A stretch of DNA of 64,000 nucleotides. It comes from Patescibacteria group bacterium. GTDB lineage: Bacteria > Patescibacteriota > Microgenomatia > UBA8517. Position 1 is the first letter of the stretch, and each line of letters begins with the position of its first letter. The stretch spans positions 78,047-142,046 of the forward strand of contig JAOAEL010000003.1 in assembly GCA_026416845.1 (NCBI GenBank), written 5' to 3'. The notes beneath the pieces are model-generated. The model saw only the letters and a list, made by a program, of their open reading frames with translations, was not told the DNA's origin and made no database searches. Below, piece by piece: positions 9,041 to 18,671 of the stretch. Both the position numbers and the translations under genes were made by a program.

Positions 9041-11427
9041 TATTTATTTAAATTTAATTTGAGTAAAACATCTGATAAAAGCAATGTATTATACTTATAA
9101 ATTCCATTTTCAGTCAACACAAAATCGTCAGTAAAAACTGAAAGACCCAAAGGCGGGAATAAATCAATTTCATAATTTATTAAACTTCCGATCTGATTCT
9201 TCAAAATAAGCTGGTATTCACTTGCTAAAGGATATTCTTTAGAATTCCATTTAGAATCCCAAGTAAATATTACCTCTTCAATTCCTCTTTCAATTTGATG
9301 TTGAAACAAAACAATGCTCTTACCAAAATTATTTACTTCAACAACAGGCAAAACTTCTTTAACGATATTGTCATTATCTTTAACTAAATAAACAACTCCA
9401 ACTCCAGCATTATTGGGAATCAAAACTCTCAAAACTTTAGGAAATTCGTTATAAACAGGATAAATAAGCTTGTGTTTTATTGTTCCTTCTTCAAAAGATA
9501 TCTTAACTTTTACATTTCTAAAAGGCTGATCAGACAAGCTTGCATCAGATTCAAAAATACCAACTAAATCTTTATAGCAAATAGAGCATTGATATTCATC
9601 AATTATAGAAAATGTTTTCTTGTTTTTTGCTCTTAAATATAAATCTTCTCCCCAATACAAAATCTGCTTATTTTTCAATCCTTGAATAAAAAATTTTTCA
9701 ATTCTGTCAGTATTAATTAACGAAACAATCTGCGAATAAATTTCATCTTTATCTGTTTTATCTGTATTAAAACCTATAGAATTCAAAAAATTGATATCAA
9801 TATAAAATATGTGATCTATTAGATCAAAATTTATTTTCTGTTTTTCAGCTATAAGTTTTCTCAAAAATTCAAAAGAATGACTGTAATCTAAATCCCACAT
9901 TGCATTTTTTAAATACCAAGAATTACTTTGACTAAACTGCAATAAAGAATAAGGCTGATCAACTTTAAACTCTATTAAATTTTCACCTGTTAATTCAGTA
10001 TCTTTCAAAACAGTTATAGATTCAGTTGAATAGTATGGAAGATCAATAATTATTATTTTTTCAATTTCTGCTCCAAAACCTAATCTTTTTTTGTTGTTAG
10101 CAAAAACTAATACAACTTGAGAATTTTTATCTCCGCTCACAGATTTTAAAAATTCTGTTGACCAGCTTCTTAAAAATGAAAGCACAAAAAAATCTTTAAG
10201 TCTTGAATCAATAAACCAATTCAATATAAATTTTTCATAACGAGATAAATTTTGATAATCAGCCAAAATGAATTTAAGACTGCGTTCATACAAAATCAAA
10301 TCATTCAAATAATTTTCAAAAACAAAAGGATCAATCCCGAATTCTGCAAAAACTCTTCTTAGACCCAATTTCATTCTATTTTCTAAATCATTTAAAAAAA
10401 TGTATTTATAAAAAAAATAATAATAAACATCAATTTTTTTATAAAAATGATTAAAATATGGCAAATTTGAATATTTATTATTTAAAAAACCACCCAAAAT
10501 AACCATGTTTTTGCAATAGTTATTTACACTAATTATTCCCGTTTTTTCATTTAAAAAAATAGAAAAATAGCTTAAAAAGAAAAAAAAGTAAGGCAAAAGA
10601 AAAAAAACAAAAATTGAAAAAACAAACCAGCATGCAGATCTTTTAAAATTTTTGCTTAAATTAAAAAATTTATAAAAAACTAAATTTTTTGCACTATCAA
10701 ATTCTATTCTTCCTTTATCTTTTTGCTGAACTTTTTTAAACTTTAAAAAACAAAAAAAATTATTAAAAAATAAATTCTTCAAATCTTGATAGGAATAAAA
10801 ATGATCTGGAATAAAAACTACAGATTCACCTAAAAACGAATCTGTTCTAACTAAAAATTCTTTTGAATTAAGATCCAAAAAACCTTCAATCAAAATTTCA
10901 TTACCAATTTCAAAAATTTTACCTCTGCTAGAGTTCGAAAAAAAACTTTTTTCAATAAATGAAAGAAAAAATTTATAAGAAACAACCTTATTTATATTCA
11001 ATAAATTATCAACCAAAACTTCACAACCTTCTTTTACACTTTCTCGTAAAAAATCTTCAACCAATATTCCAATTATAATCAAACAAAATCTATTTTTAAT
11101 TGCAAAAGCAGCAACATTTTTAAACCAGCTAATATCTTCTAAAGAACAATATTCAGGAAAAATAATTATTGTTTTAATATTATTATTTATTAATTGCTTA
11201 AAATTAAATTTTTCTAAATTAAATCTTAAATCAATTAGAAAGTAGCGAACCCCTTCCAATTCGCAATTTAAATAATATCTAAAAACTAAAAGATCAAATT
11301 TTTCAAAATATTTTTTTGTCAAAGCAAACAATTTTTCGTCTTTTGTAACAACACACAACTTCGGGAAACAATAATCATTATGCATATTATTTTTATTCAT
11401 GCTATGAAAGATTAAATATTTAAGCAA
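9040..11427 (-). CDS. Large membrane protein, possibly a highly diverged DUF4012-like protein
   Basis: Long ORF with a TM segment and weak DUF4012-like remnants (VLVFANNK, WYLKNAMWDLDY); very F/L/K-rich; start uncertain. Confidence 0.45.
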   Translation of the reverse strand: MLKYLIFHSMNKNNMHNDYCFPKLCVVTKDEKLFALTKKYFEKFDLLVFRYYLNCELEGVRYFLIDLRFNLEKFNFKQLINNNIKTIIIFPEYCSLEDISWFKNVAAFAIKNRFCLIIIGILVEDFLRESVKEGCEVLVDNLLNINKVVSYKFFLSFIEKSFFSNSSRGKIFEIGNEILIEGFLDLNSKEFLVRTDSFLGESVVFIPDHFYSYQDLKNLFFNNFFCFLKFKKVQQKDKGRIEFDSAKNLVFYKFFNLSKNFKRSACWFVFSIFVFFLLPYFFFFLSYFSIFLNEKTGIISVNNYCKNMVILGGFLNNKYSNLPYFNHFYKKIDVYYYFFYKYIFLNDLENRMKLGLRRVFAEFGIDPFVFENYLNDLILYERSLKFILADYQNLSRYEKFILNWFIDSRLKDFFVLSFLRSWSTEFLKSVSGDKNSQVVLVFANNKKRLGFGAEIEKIIIIDLPYYSTESITVLKDTELTGENLIEFKVDQPYSLLQFSQSNSWYLKNAMWDLDYSHSFEFLRKLIAEKQKINFDLIDHIFYIDINFLNSIGFNTDKTDKDEIYSQIVSLINTDRIEKFFIQGLKNKQILYWGEDLYLRAKNKKTFSIIDEYQCSICYKDLVGIFESDASLSDQPFRNVKVKISFEEGTIKHKLIYPVYNEFPKVLRVLIPNNAGVGVVYLVKDNDNIVKEVLPVVEVNNFGKSIVLFQHQIERGIEEVIFTWDSKWNSKEYPLASEYQLILKNQIGSLINYEIDLFPPLGLSVFTDDFVLTENGIYKYNTLLLSDVLLKLNLNK

Positions 11428-11515
11428 GATGCATAAAAAAATTAAAATAAAACTAGATAATTTTCCTGTATCTTTAACTTATAGGAGAGATAAATCTTTA
11501 TTTACTAAAATGACC

Positions 11516-11941
11516 TTAATTTGCACTATCAAGTCTTTCGTTTACTAATTTATCAGCTACAAAATTTTCACTCCTTGGCACACATAAAATACTAATTTTT
11601 AAACCTAATTTTTTAATCATATTTAATGTTTTATCATACAAAATTTTTAATCTTTGATTTTTAACTTTATATTCACCTTTAACTTGTTTTACAACTAATT
11701 CTGAATCCATGTTTAAATTTATTCTTGAAAAATTAGACAAGTTCAACTTTTCAAGATAGCCCAAAGCCATCAGCAAACCTTGATATTCAGCTTCATTATT
11801 GGTAGCAACACCAAGATACTTTGATTCTTGATAAAACTGTAAATTGTTCACATATACTACAAATGCGCATGCAGCCATACCTGGATTGCCACGTGAACCA
11901 CCATCTATAAAAACATCTATAACATTGTCGTCAAGATTCAT
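11516..11941 (-). CDS. rnhA: Ribonuclease HI family protein
   Basis: FIDGGSRGNPG, TNNEAEY, MDSELVVKQ, VPRSENFVADKL. The real start is likely MNLDD at 11941. Confidence 0.9.
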   Translation of the reverse strand: MNLDDNVIDVFIDGGSRGNPGMAACAFVVYVNNLQFYQESKYLGVATNNEAEYQGLLMALGYLEKLNLSNFSRINLNMDSELVVKQVKGEYKVKNQRLKILYDKTLNMIKKLGLKISILCVPRSENFVADKLVNERLDSAN

Positions 11942-12032
11942 AAAAAAACACTCGAATGAAATTATTATAACAACAAAGTCTTTAAAATAAATTACAAAGT
12001 CAAATTGAAAAGTATAATTTAAAAAATGAAGA

Positions 12033-12512
12033 TTACTTTTTCTTAACAACAAGATAACGACTATTTTCCTCTCCTTCAGAAAAAGTTTCAACATCATCTC
12101 TTTGAGAAAGAAAAATATGAATAATCCTTCTTTGAGCTGGAGTGAGATTATACAAAGCTTGAGGCTGATTTGTCTCAATTGCACGCAAAGCAGCTTGAGA
12201 AGCAACATCCATTAAACGTTTTTTTTCTTTCTCTTTCCAATTAGCTATATCAACTATTATTCTTCTAAATTCAGAAGATTTATTTTTATAAATTAAATTA
12301 ATTATCGTCTGTATTGAATGCAAAGTTTTACCTTTTTTACCAATCAAAAGACCAACAACATCATCAAAGGGCTCTAAATTTAAAAAAAATAAATCGTCCT
12401 GAAAAACAACATTAACATTAACTTTAATCCCTAAATTTAAAAACAATTGATGAGAAATTTCTGTAATTATTTTTTTTTCTTTTTCTATTTTTTCTTGTTT
12501 TTCGTCTAACAT
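12033..12512 (-). CDS. jag: Jag/EloR (KhpB)-like RNA-binding protein, KH + R3H domains
   Basis: LLIGKKGKTLHSIQ (KH GxxG) and RRIIH...FSEGEENSRYLVV (R3H); lies downstream of yidC. Confidence 0.9.
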   Translation of the reverse strand: MLDEKQEKIEKEKKIITEISHQLFLNLGIKVNVNVVFQDDLFFLNLEPFDDVVGLLIGKKGKTLHSIQTIINLIYKNKSSEFRRIIVDIANWKEKEKKRLMDVASQAALRAIETNQPQALYNLTPAQRRIIHIFLSQRDDVETFSEGEENSRYLVVKKK

Positions 12513-12573
12513 TTTAGATTATTTTATATTTTTTAAAACATATTTGCAAAGGTTTTTCATTGCAAAATATGTG

Positions 12574-13395
12574 TTATATCCTAAAGTTTAAAAGCTTTCT
12601 GACTTTATTTACAAAAGGCAAAAGTCCACCCCAACCACTTATAAAATATTGATTAACTATTTGATAAATCGAAAAAGTAATCCAGTAAAGAGCAAGCCCA
12701 GCGGGAAGTGTTAAACCCGCTAATAAAGTCATTATTGGAAATATATAGACAAAAGACTTTTGTATTGCAAACTGCATATCATCCGTTTCATTTTTGGTAC
12801 TTTTTGCAACACTTTCAAAACTTTCTGTTAAAGGCATCATCATTTTCGAAGAAACAAACTGAACAATTGCAGCAAGAATAAGAAGAATCCCAGGCAATTC
12901 AAATGGTATGCCTTCAATTTTATAATAATCTGGTTTAGACAAATCTATGTGTAAAAACTTAGTGGAAACAACATCAGATTCAGAAAAAACAAGCGGTGGA
13001 TACATAAGAGCATTCAAATTATCTTTAATATTATTGTTCGAAGAAAAAACATGTATAAAAAAATTAAAAAAAGCAATTAAAATGACTATTTGTAAAAAAT
13101 ATGGCAAGCAACCAGCAGAAGGATTAACACCTTTTTTTCTGTAAAGTTCAGTTTGAGCTTGAATAAATTTTATATTATTTCCTTTATGCTTTTTTTTAAG
13201 CTTAGCTACTTCTGGAGCTAAATCTTGCATCTTTTTTAATGATTCAATATATGGTTTAGTTAATGGACGGGTAACTAAAAGCAAGATAGTAGTAAATAAT
13301 ATAATTGCTAAACCAAGATTGGATCCAGTCAATTTGTAAATAGCAACAAGCCCATTGGCAATTGGTTGAGTAAATATTAAAGTAAATATATCCAT
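12574..13395 (-). CDS. yidC: Membrane protein insertase YidC/Oxa1
   Basis: GLAIILFT, KMQDLAPE, GVNPSAGCLP..LQ, LPAGLALYW. Confidence 0.95.
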   Translation of the reverse strand: MDIFTLIFTQPIANGLVAIYKLTGSNLGLAIILFTTILLLVTRPLTKPYIESLKKMQDLAPEVAKLKKKHKGNNIKFIQAQTELYRKKGVNPSAGCLPYFLQIVILIAFFNFFIHVFSSNNNIKDNLNALMYPPLVFSESDVVSTKFLHIDLSKPDYYKIEGIPFELPGILLILAAIVQFVSSKMMMPLTESFESVAKSTKNETDDMQFAIQKSFVYIFPIMTLLAGLTLPAGLALYWITFSIYQIVNQYFISGWGGLLPFVNKVRKLLNFRI

Positions 13396-13476
13396 TATAA
13401 ATTTAAAATAAAAAATTAGATAAGTAAAAACAACACTTTATATTAAAAATTAAAAATTAAAAAAACTTAAACCTAA

Positions 13477-13701
13477 TTAGGGAACAGGGTCAAATCCAAA
13501 ACGATTTGTTAAAATACTGCATCTTAAGATTCTCATTATAGACAAAAATAACCCGTATAAAAAACCATGCTTTAGCATGGCTAAATAAGCATACTCGCTA
13601 CAAGTAGGTGAAAATTTACATGAACCGCCAAAAACCAACCTAAACATAGGGGATACAAACATTTTATAAAAACGAAACAAGAAAAATAAAATGTATTTCA
13701 T
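13477..13701 (-). CDS. yidD: Membrane protein insertion efficiency factor YidD
   Basis: CKFSPTCSEYA...RILRC...GFDPVP. Confidence 0.93.
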   Translation of the reverse strand: MKYILFFLFRFYKMFVSPMFRLVFGGSCKFSPTCSEYAYLAMLKHGFLYGLFLSIMRILRCSILTNRFGFDPVP

Positions 13702-13706
13702 AAAAA

Positions 13707-14168
13707 TCAAATATTACTTGAATTTTTATATTTTGTTTTTTTTAAAGCAAGGACCAAAGGTGAATACAATCTTTTACGATAATTTGGTTTAGTTTCAAAT
13801 GAAGGATTAATTGGTAATTTAATTTTATGAAACAAAATTTGCACCTTTTTAAGAATCATCTCACACTCCGCAACTATTTCTTCATATTTTTTTTTATTAA
13901 TTGAATTTAAAACAAAAAAAACAATATCTGCACCAAATTGACAATGCAAAAGACTTCTCCTAGACCCTTCCATTATTGCTCTTCTAACGTAATTTCTATA
14001 AACTGAGATTTTACATACCTTAGTAGAAACAACAACCGCAAACCTTTGATAATTCAAACCGTTAGGCAAAAATGAAACCTTCAAAAATGGAGAATAAACT
14101 TTTTTACCAAAATTTTTTACAATTTCAACCCTAGAAGAATTTGAAATTCTATATTTCTTAGAAATCAT
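13707..14168 (-). CDS. rnpA: Ribonuclease P protein component with a basic C-terminal extension
   Basis: RFAVVVSTKV..SVYRNYVRR (RNR motif), ADIVF; lies between rpmH and yidD. Confidence 0.85.
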   Translation of the reverse strand: MISKKYRISNSSRVEIVKNFGKKVYSPFLKVSFLPNGLNYQRFAVVVSTKVCKISVYRNYVRRAIMEGSRRSLLHCQFGADIVFFVLNSINKKKYEEIVAECEMILKKVQILFHKIKLPINPSFETKPNYRKRLYSPLVLALKKTKYKNSSNI

Positions 14169-14189
14169 TAACCAATATTTTAAAAACAA

Positions 14190-14327
14190 CTAAAAAGAAA
14201 TACGATAACGACCTTTGATTAGTCTTCTTTTCATGACAAGCTTGCCTTTTTTACTAGAATTTCTTGAACGGAAACCATGTTTTCTTATCTTTTTAATTAG
14301 ACTTGGATTGAGAGTGCGCTTAGACAT
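14190..14327 (-). CDS. rpmH: 50S ribosomal protein bL34 (45 aa, below the ORF track cutoff)
   Basis: Hand translation MSKRTLNPSLIKKIRKHGFRSRNSSKKGKLVMKRRLIKGRYRISF*; divergent from dnaA. Confidence 0.95.
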   Translation of the reverse strand: MSKRTLNPSLIKKIRKHGFRSRNSSKKGKLVMKRRLIKGRYRISF

Positions 14328-14487
14328 AATTTTTAATTATCATCGTTAAGTATAGCAGATAATTATAAAATAAAAATACAAAAAATTTTAATAATAAATT
14401 AAAATTTTAAAAATTCAAAATCAATAAATTCCAAAAACAAAAAAATAAATTATTTTTTTATTCAATCAATTTACAAATTTACAACAA

Positions 14488-14516
14488 TTGACAAATTTAC
14501 AAGCTGTGGATATGCT
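14488..14516 (+). promoter_or_regulatory. dnaA promoter with an overlapping DnaA box
   Basis: TTGACA (14488-14493), 17 bp spacer, TATGCT (14511-14516); TGTGGATAT at 14505-14513 is a 1-mismatch DnaA box. Confidence 0.7.
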
Positions 14517-14587
14517 ATTTAAAGAATACAAATTAAATAATTTACTCTGCCTCCAAATGTGCCTCGCCTTAGTCAAAAATTTTTATT

Positions 14588-15976
14588 ATGAATACAATTA
14601 ATGATATTGATAAAGACATTTTGTGGAAAGAAACATTAGAAAGAATAAAATTAAGTGTAACCCTACCTAATTACAACGCTTGGTTCTTGCCAACGCACAT
14701 TGTTTCTATATCACAAACTACCTCTGGATACTTAATAAACATAGGGTGCTCATCAAGTTTTGTTAAAAATACTTTAGAAACAAGATACTTGGGTTTTTTA
14801 CAAGAAATACTAAAAAATTCATTACAAAAACACTGTGAATTAGAATTCTCAGTAAACACAAATCCAAATAAAATAACAGAATCACAATCAGACTCTCCAC
14901 TTTTTGAAAGTTTAATAAACAAAACAGAAAACATTGATAATAAAGTAATTTCTTGCGGTTTGAGAAAAGGTTACACATTTACAAACTTCGCAGTTTCCTC
15001 TTCAAACCAAATGGCTTGGGCAGCGGCGGAAGCAGTTGCAAACAATCCAGGAAATGCATACAATCCGCTTTTTATATGGGGTGGTGTAGGTGTTGGAAAA
15101 ACACACCTAATGAACGCAATAGGATACACAATTTTGGAATCCCAAATTGATGCAAACATATTCCTTTGCACAGGAGAACAATTTACAAATGATATTGTAG
15201 AAGGAATAAGAAATAAAACTACACAATCCGTACGTAATAAATACAGGAAATTGAAAGCTTTGTTCGTTGACGATATACAATTCATTGCAGGCAAAGACGC
15301 TGTTCAAGAAGAATTTTTCCATACATTCAATGCTTTAATTAACTCAGGTGGTCAAGTTGTACTAACATCTGACCGACCACCATCTGAAATCGCAAAATTG
15401 GAAGAAAGATTAAAAAGCCGGTTTGAAGCTGGATTAATTGTAGATATAGCTCAACCAGACTTCGAACTTAGATGTGCAATATTACAAATCAAATCAAAAG
15501 AAAAAGGAGTTGATCTAGATATGGAAACAATACAAATAATTGCAGCAAACATTAACTCCGCAAGACAAATAGAAGGATTTTTAACAAGGTTAATTACAGA
15601 AATAAAAGTGAAAGACATAGAAATAAGCCCTTCTTACGTACTTGAAATGTTAGGCAAACCCGAAAAAGAAGAAGTTAAAAGTAAAAATTCAAAATTAACA
15701 CCGGAAGAAATCATATCAAAAGTAGCTAAATACTTCACAATAAGCAAAAAATGTCTTTTAGGCAATTCAAGACAAAAAAATTTCGTTGTCCCACGTCAAA
15801 TATTGATGTATATACTTCGTGTGGAATTTGGCTTGTCTTTACAAGAAATAGGGAAAGTAATTGGAGGAAGGGATCATACCACTGTAATCCATGCTGTGAA
15901 TAAAATTAAAAAATTAATCTCGAGCGATGTGAATATCCGTGGGGATATTGAGGGGATAAAAAAAACATTCTTGTGA
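14588..15976 (+). CDS. dnaA: Chromosomal replication initiator DnaA
   Basis: YNPLFIWGGVGVGKTHL, VDDIQF, QEEFFHTFN, RLKSRFEAGL, GGRDHTTVIHA. Confidence 0.98.
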   Translation: MNTINDIDKDILWKETLERIKLSVTLPNYNAWFLPTHIVSISQTTSGYLINIGCSSSFVKNTLETRYLGFLQEILKNSLQKHCELEFSVNTNPNKITESQSDSPLFESLINKTENIDNKVISCGLRKGYTFTNFAVSSSNQMAWAAAEAVANNPGNAYNPLFIWGGVGVGKTHLMNAIGYTILESQIDANIFLCTGEQFTNDIVEGIRNKTTQSVRNKYRKLKALFVDDIQFIAGKDAVQEEFFHTFNALINSGGQVVLTSDRPPSEIAKLEERLKSRFEAGLIVDIAQPDFELRCAILQIKSKEKGVDLDMETIQIIAANINSARQIEGFLTRLITEIKVKDIEISPSYVLEMLGKPEKEEVKSKNSKLTPEEIISKVAKYFTISKKCLLGNSRQKNFVVPRQILMYILRVEFGLSLQEIGKVIGGRDHTTVIHAVNKIKKLISSDVNIRGDIEGIKKTFL

Positions 15977-16160
15977 ATTAACTGAAAATTGTCTACTTAT
16001 CAACAAATCTTGATATTTTATCCACAATTTTACTAACAATTAAATTAAATTTAATATAAACATAAAGTATAGAATTCAAACAAATCTGTTAATCCACTTT
16101 TCCACATATTACTATTACTACTACTTCTTTTAAATATACTAATTAAGTAAAAAATTCAAT
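15977..16160. other. Replication origin oriC (DnaA boxes, DnaA-trios, AT-rich unwinding element)
   Basis: TTATCAACA 15997-16005, TTATCCACA 16018-16026, TTTTCCACA 16098-16106, then TACTATTACTACTACTTCT and an AT tract; lies between dnaA and dnaN; strand composition flips here. Confidence 0.9.
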
Positions 16161-16188
16161 TGAAAATAAGAGACAAAAAATTTATACT
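16160..16188 (+). promoter_or_regulatory. Putative dnaN promoter giving a leaderless mRNA
   Basis: TTGAAA-17 bp-TATACT, with the ATG only 6 nt after the -10 element. Confidence 0.6.
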
Positions 16189-16194
16189 GGTTTT

Positions 16195-17322
16195 ATGAAA
16201 GTTGAAGTTAATCAAGAAGATCTGGTTCAAAAATTAGCAATATGTTCTAGATTTACAACTTCAAAAGTACAATTGCCCATATTAGCAAATGTCCTGATTA
16301 CAGCAACTTCTAACAAAATTACATTAAAAGCTACAAATCTAGAGAGCTCCATCAGTTTTAGTATGGGTTCAAAAGTGATTGAAGAGGGAAGTATAACAAT
16401 ACCATCAAAAACTTTTTACGAAATTGTCTCTAATTTATCCAAAGGAGTTTTAACTTTAGTTGCTGAAAAAGAACAGTTACATATTTTTCAGGAAGGATAT
16501 AATGCTTTGCTTGTAGGAATAAACAGTTTGGACTTTCCGGATGTGATTTCAACACCTCCAAAAGAAGGTATGTCATTCCAAGGGAAAGAAGCAATAGAAA
16601 TTTTTCAAAATGTTCTTTTTAGTGTGTCTTCTGACGAAGCAAGACCTGTTTTGAATGGTGTTTTGTTTATTTTTGATGATCAAGAAAACATTGTTTTTGT
16701 ATCAACTGATGGCTTTAGACTCACCAAATTTGTCAAAAATATCAAAAAAGAAAATAAAAATGTAAATAAATTATCTGGTAGAATAATTATACCCAAAAGC
16801 ACTCTTGTTGAAGTATCAAAGATTTTTCAAGAAAATACTTTTACACTTAGCTTGATTGAAAAGGATAAGCAAGTTGTTTTTTCAGACGGTCTTTCTTGTG
16901 TTTTATCTTCAAGGATAATAGAAGGAGAATTCCCAAATTTTGAAAAAATATTGCCTAAAGAATCAAAATTGACTTTAAACGTCTCTAGAGATGATTTTTA
17001 TCAAGCGATTAGATTAGCTTCTGTTTTTGCCAAAGATTCTTCTAATGTAGTTACCTTTGATATAAAAAAAGATGATATGTTTGTAAAATCAGAAAATTCA
17101 ACAACTGGCAAACAATCAAAAAGAATTTTCTTTAAAAGGGTAGAGGGAACTGAAGAAGAAATGAAAATTTCCTTTAATTTTCATTTCTTAGATGACTTGT
17201 TAAAAGTAATTAAAGGTGAAAGCTTGGAAATAAGAATTTCATCCCCATTTTCTCCAGTTTTGTTTTTAGATCCTATTTGCAAAGAATTTATACATGTCAT
17301 AATGCCAATTAAAACTCTTTGA
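16195..17322 (+). CDS. dnaN: DNA polymerase III beta clamp
   Basis: LPILANV, ATNLE, RPVLNGV, STDGFRL, IEGEFPNFEKILP, VIMPI. Confidence 0.97.
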   Translation: MKVEVNQEDLVQKLAICSRFTTSKVQLPILANVLITATSNKITLKATNLESSISFSMGSKVIEEGSITIPSKTFYEIVSNLSKGVLTLVAEKEQLHIFQEGYNALLVGINSLDFPDVISTPPKEGMSFQGKEAIEIFQNVLFSVSSDEARPVLNGVLFIFDDQENIVFVSTDGFRLTKFVKNIKKENKNVNKLSGRIIIPKSTLVEVSKIFQENTFTLSLIEKDKQVVFSDGLSCVLSSRIIEGEFPNFEKILPKESKLTLNVSRDDFYQAIRLASVFAKDSSNVVTFDIKKDDMFVKSENSTTGKQSKRIFFKRVEGTEEEMKISFNFHFLDDLLKVIKGESLEIRISSPFSPVLFLDPICKEFIHVIMPIKTL

Positions 17323-17338
17323 TTTTTCTTATCTCTTA

Positions 17339-18601
17339 TTATTGGATTTTTACCTTTTTTGTTTTGCCTTCGAAATCGATTATATAAATATTATTTTCAA
17401 CTATTCCTTGAATATATGTGACTCCGCTATTTTCCGTACCAGAAATTTTTATTCTTGGCGAAGTTTGTCCTGATCTAGTATCTAAGTAAAAGTATTCCGT
17501 TCCTGTTGTTGTATTTTCCATAAATATAATTATATTATTATCTTTCCATATGCCAATTAAACCTGTTTTTGGGAATTTAATTTGTTGAGATTTATTTGTT
17601 TCAATATCATAAATTGTAATGCCATTTGATGAAATTGAACAAACCTTTTTTCTATCTGGAGAGACTGAAAAACTATTTTGTTTAGATTCAAATAAAATTT
17701 GATTTTTATCAAGATCTATTACTTGGACTTCTCCACTATCTAGGGCTTCTCCTATTTCAACTAAAGCAACTATTGAATCTTTTAAAGCAAATACTTGGTT
17801 TGCTTCAGTCATCAAAATCTGAGAAGGTTTAAAATCATCCAAATTTGATTTGTATAATATCGACATTTTTGTTTGAGGCGTATAACTGCCAATTACATAC
17901 AAATTTTCATTATCTTCTGATATAGAGATAGATGAAATAGGAGTCAGCAGTTCGCTTCCTTTTAGTTTTTTTACTGCTCCAGTATTTATATTTATTAAAA
18001 CAATTTGATCATTTTGTTCAATTTTTCTTTCTAAAACTGCAATATAATTTTTGCCCTTTTGGTATGAAAAAACACTTTTAGGGTACAGAACTGTGACAAA
18101 TTTTTCGTCTGTAACTTTTACTAAACTTTGTTCTCTTGGATCGATGGCAAGAAAAGAACTTTCTGATATTGGTGTTATTTTTATATATTGACTTTCGTTT
18201 ATTGATACTGGCACTGATGAAACTTCTTTTGCAACTTCTTGTATTTTTTCAAGAGATATTTCTATTTCAGTGTCTTTATATAGATCGATAATTTCTTTTT
18301 TGTCTATGTAGTTTTGTTCTGAAATTAATATTTCGTATTTTCCTTTTGGAAGGTACAATTTAACTTTTCCTGATCCTTTTTCTTCGTTATTTAAGTATAT
18401 TTTTGCTGTAGAAGGGTCTGTTTTTACACTTAGGTAGAATTGTTTAATTTCACTTTTTTTTAAATTATTTGTTTTTTCTTGATTTAGATAAATTCCATAA
18501 ACTGCTAGGAGAAAAATTGTTACAAAAAAAACAATAAACAATATTTTATGTTTAAAAATAAAATTTGTAGCTTTTGATAAAAAATCCTGATTTTGGTACA
18601 T
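17339..18601 (-). CDS. Membrane-anchored PEGA-domain protein with a probable beta-propeller C-terminus
   Basis: N-terminal TM; LSVKTDPSTAKIYLN...LPKGKYEILIS (PEGA-like); ISEDNENLY and VSPDRKKV propeller-type repeats. Start uncertain (18601 or 18640). Confidence 0.7.
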   Translation of the reverse strand: MYQNQDFLSKATNFIFKHKILFIVFFVTIFLLAVYGIYLNQEKTNNLKKSEIKQFYLSVKTDPSTAKIYLNNEEKGSGKVKLYLPKGKYEILISEQNYIDKKEIIDLYKDTEIEISLEKIQEVAKEVSSVPVSINESQYIKITPISESSFLAIDPREQSLVKVTDEKFVTVLYPKSVFSYQKGKNYIAVLERKIEQNDQIVLININTGAVKKLKGSELLTPISSISISEDNENLYVIGSYTPQTKMSILYKSNLDDFKPSQILMTEANQVFALKDSIVALVEIGEALDSGEVQVIDLDKNQILFESKQNSFSVSPDRKKVCSISSNGITIYDIETNKSQQIKFPKTGLIGIWKDNNIIIFMENTTTGTEYFYLDTRSGQTSPRIKISGTENSGVTYIQGIVENNIYIIDFEGKTKKVKIQ

Positions 18602-18671
18602 TGCTTTTTTATTATATATACAATTATTATATATATACAATTTTAATTTTAAGTTATTATAACTTTAACTA

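Noticed and set aside
11942-12208. N-terminal extension of the RNase HI ORF
   Set aside because: It overlaps jag in another frame and has no domain signal; the ATG at 11941 fits the family.
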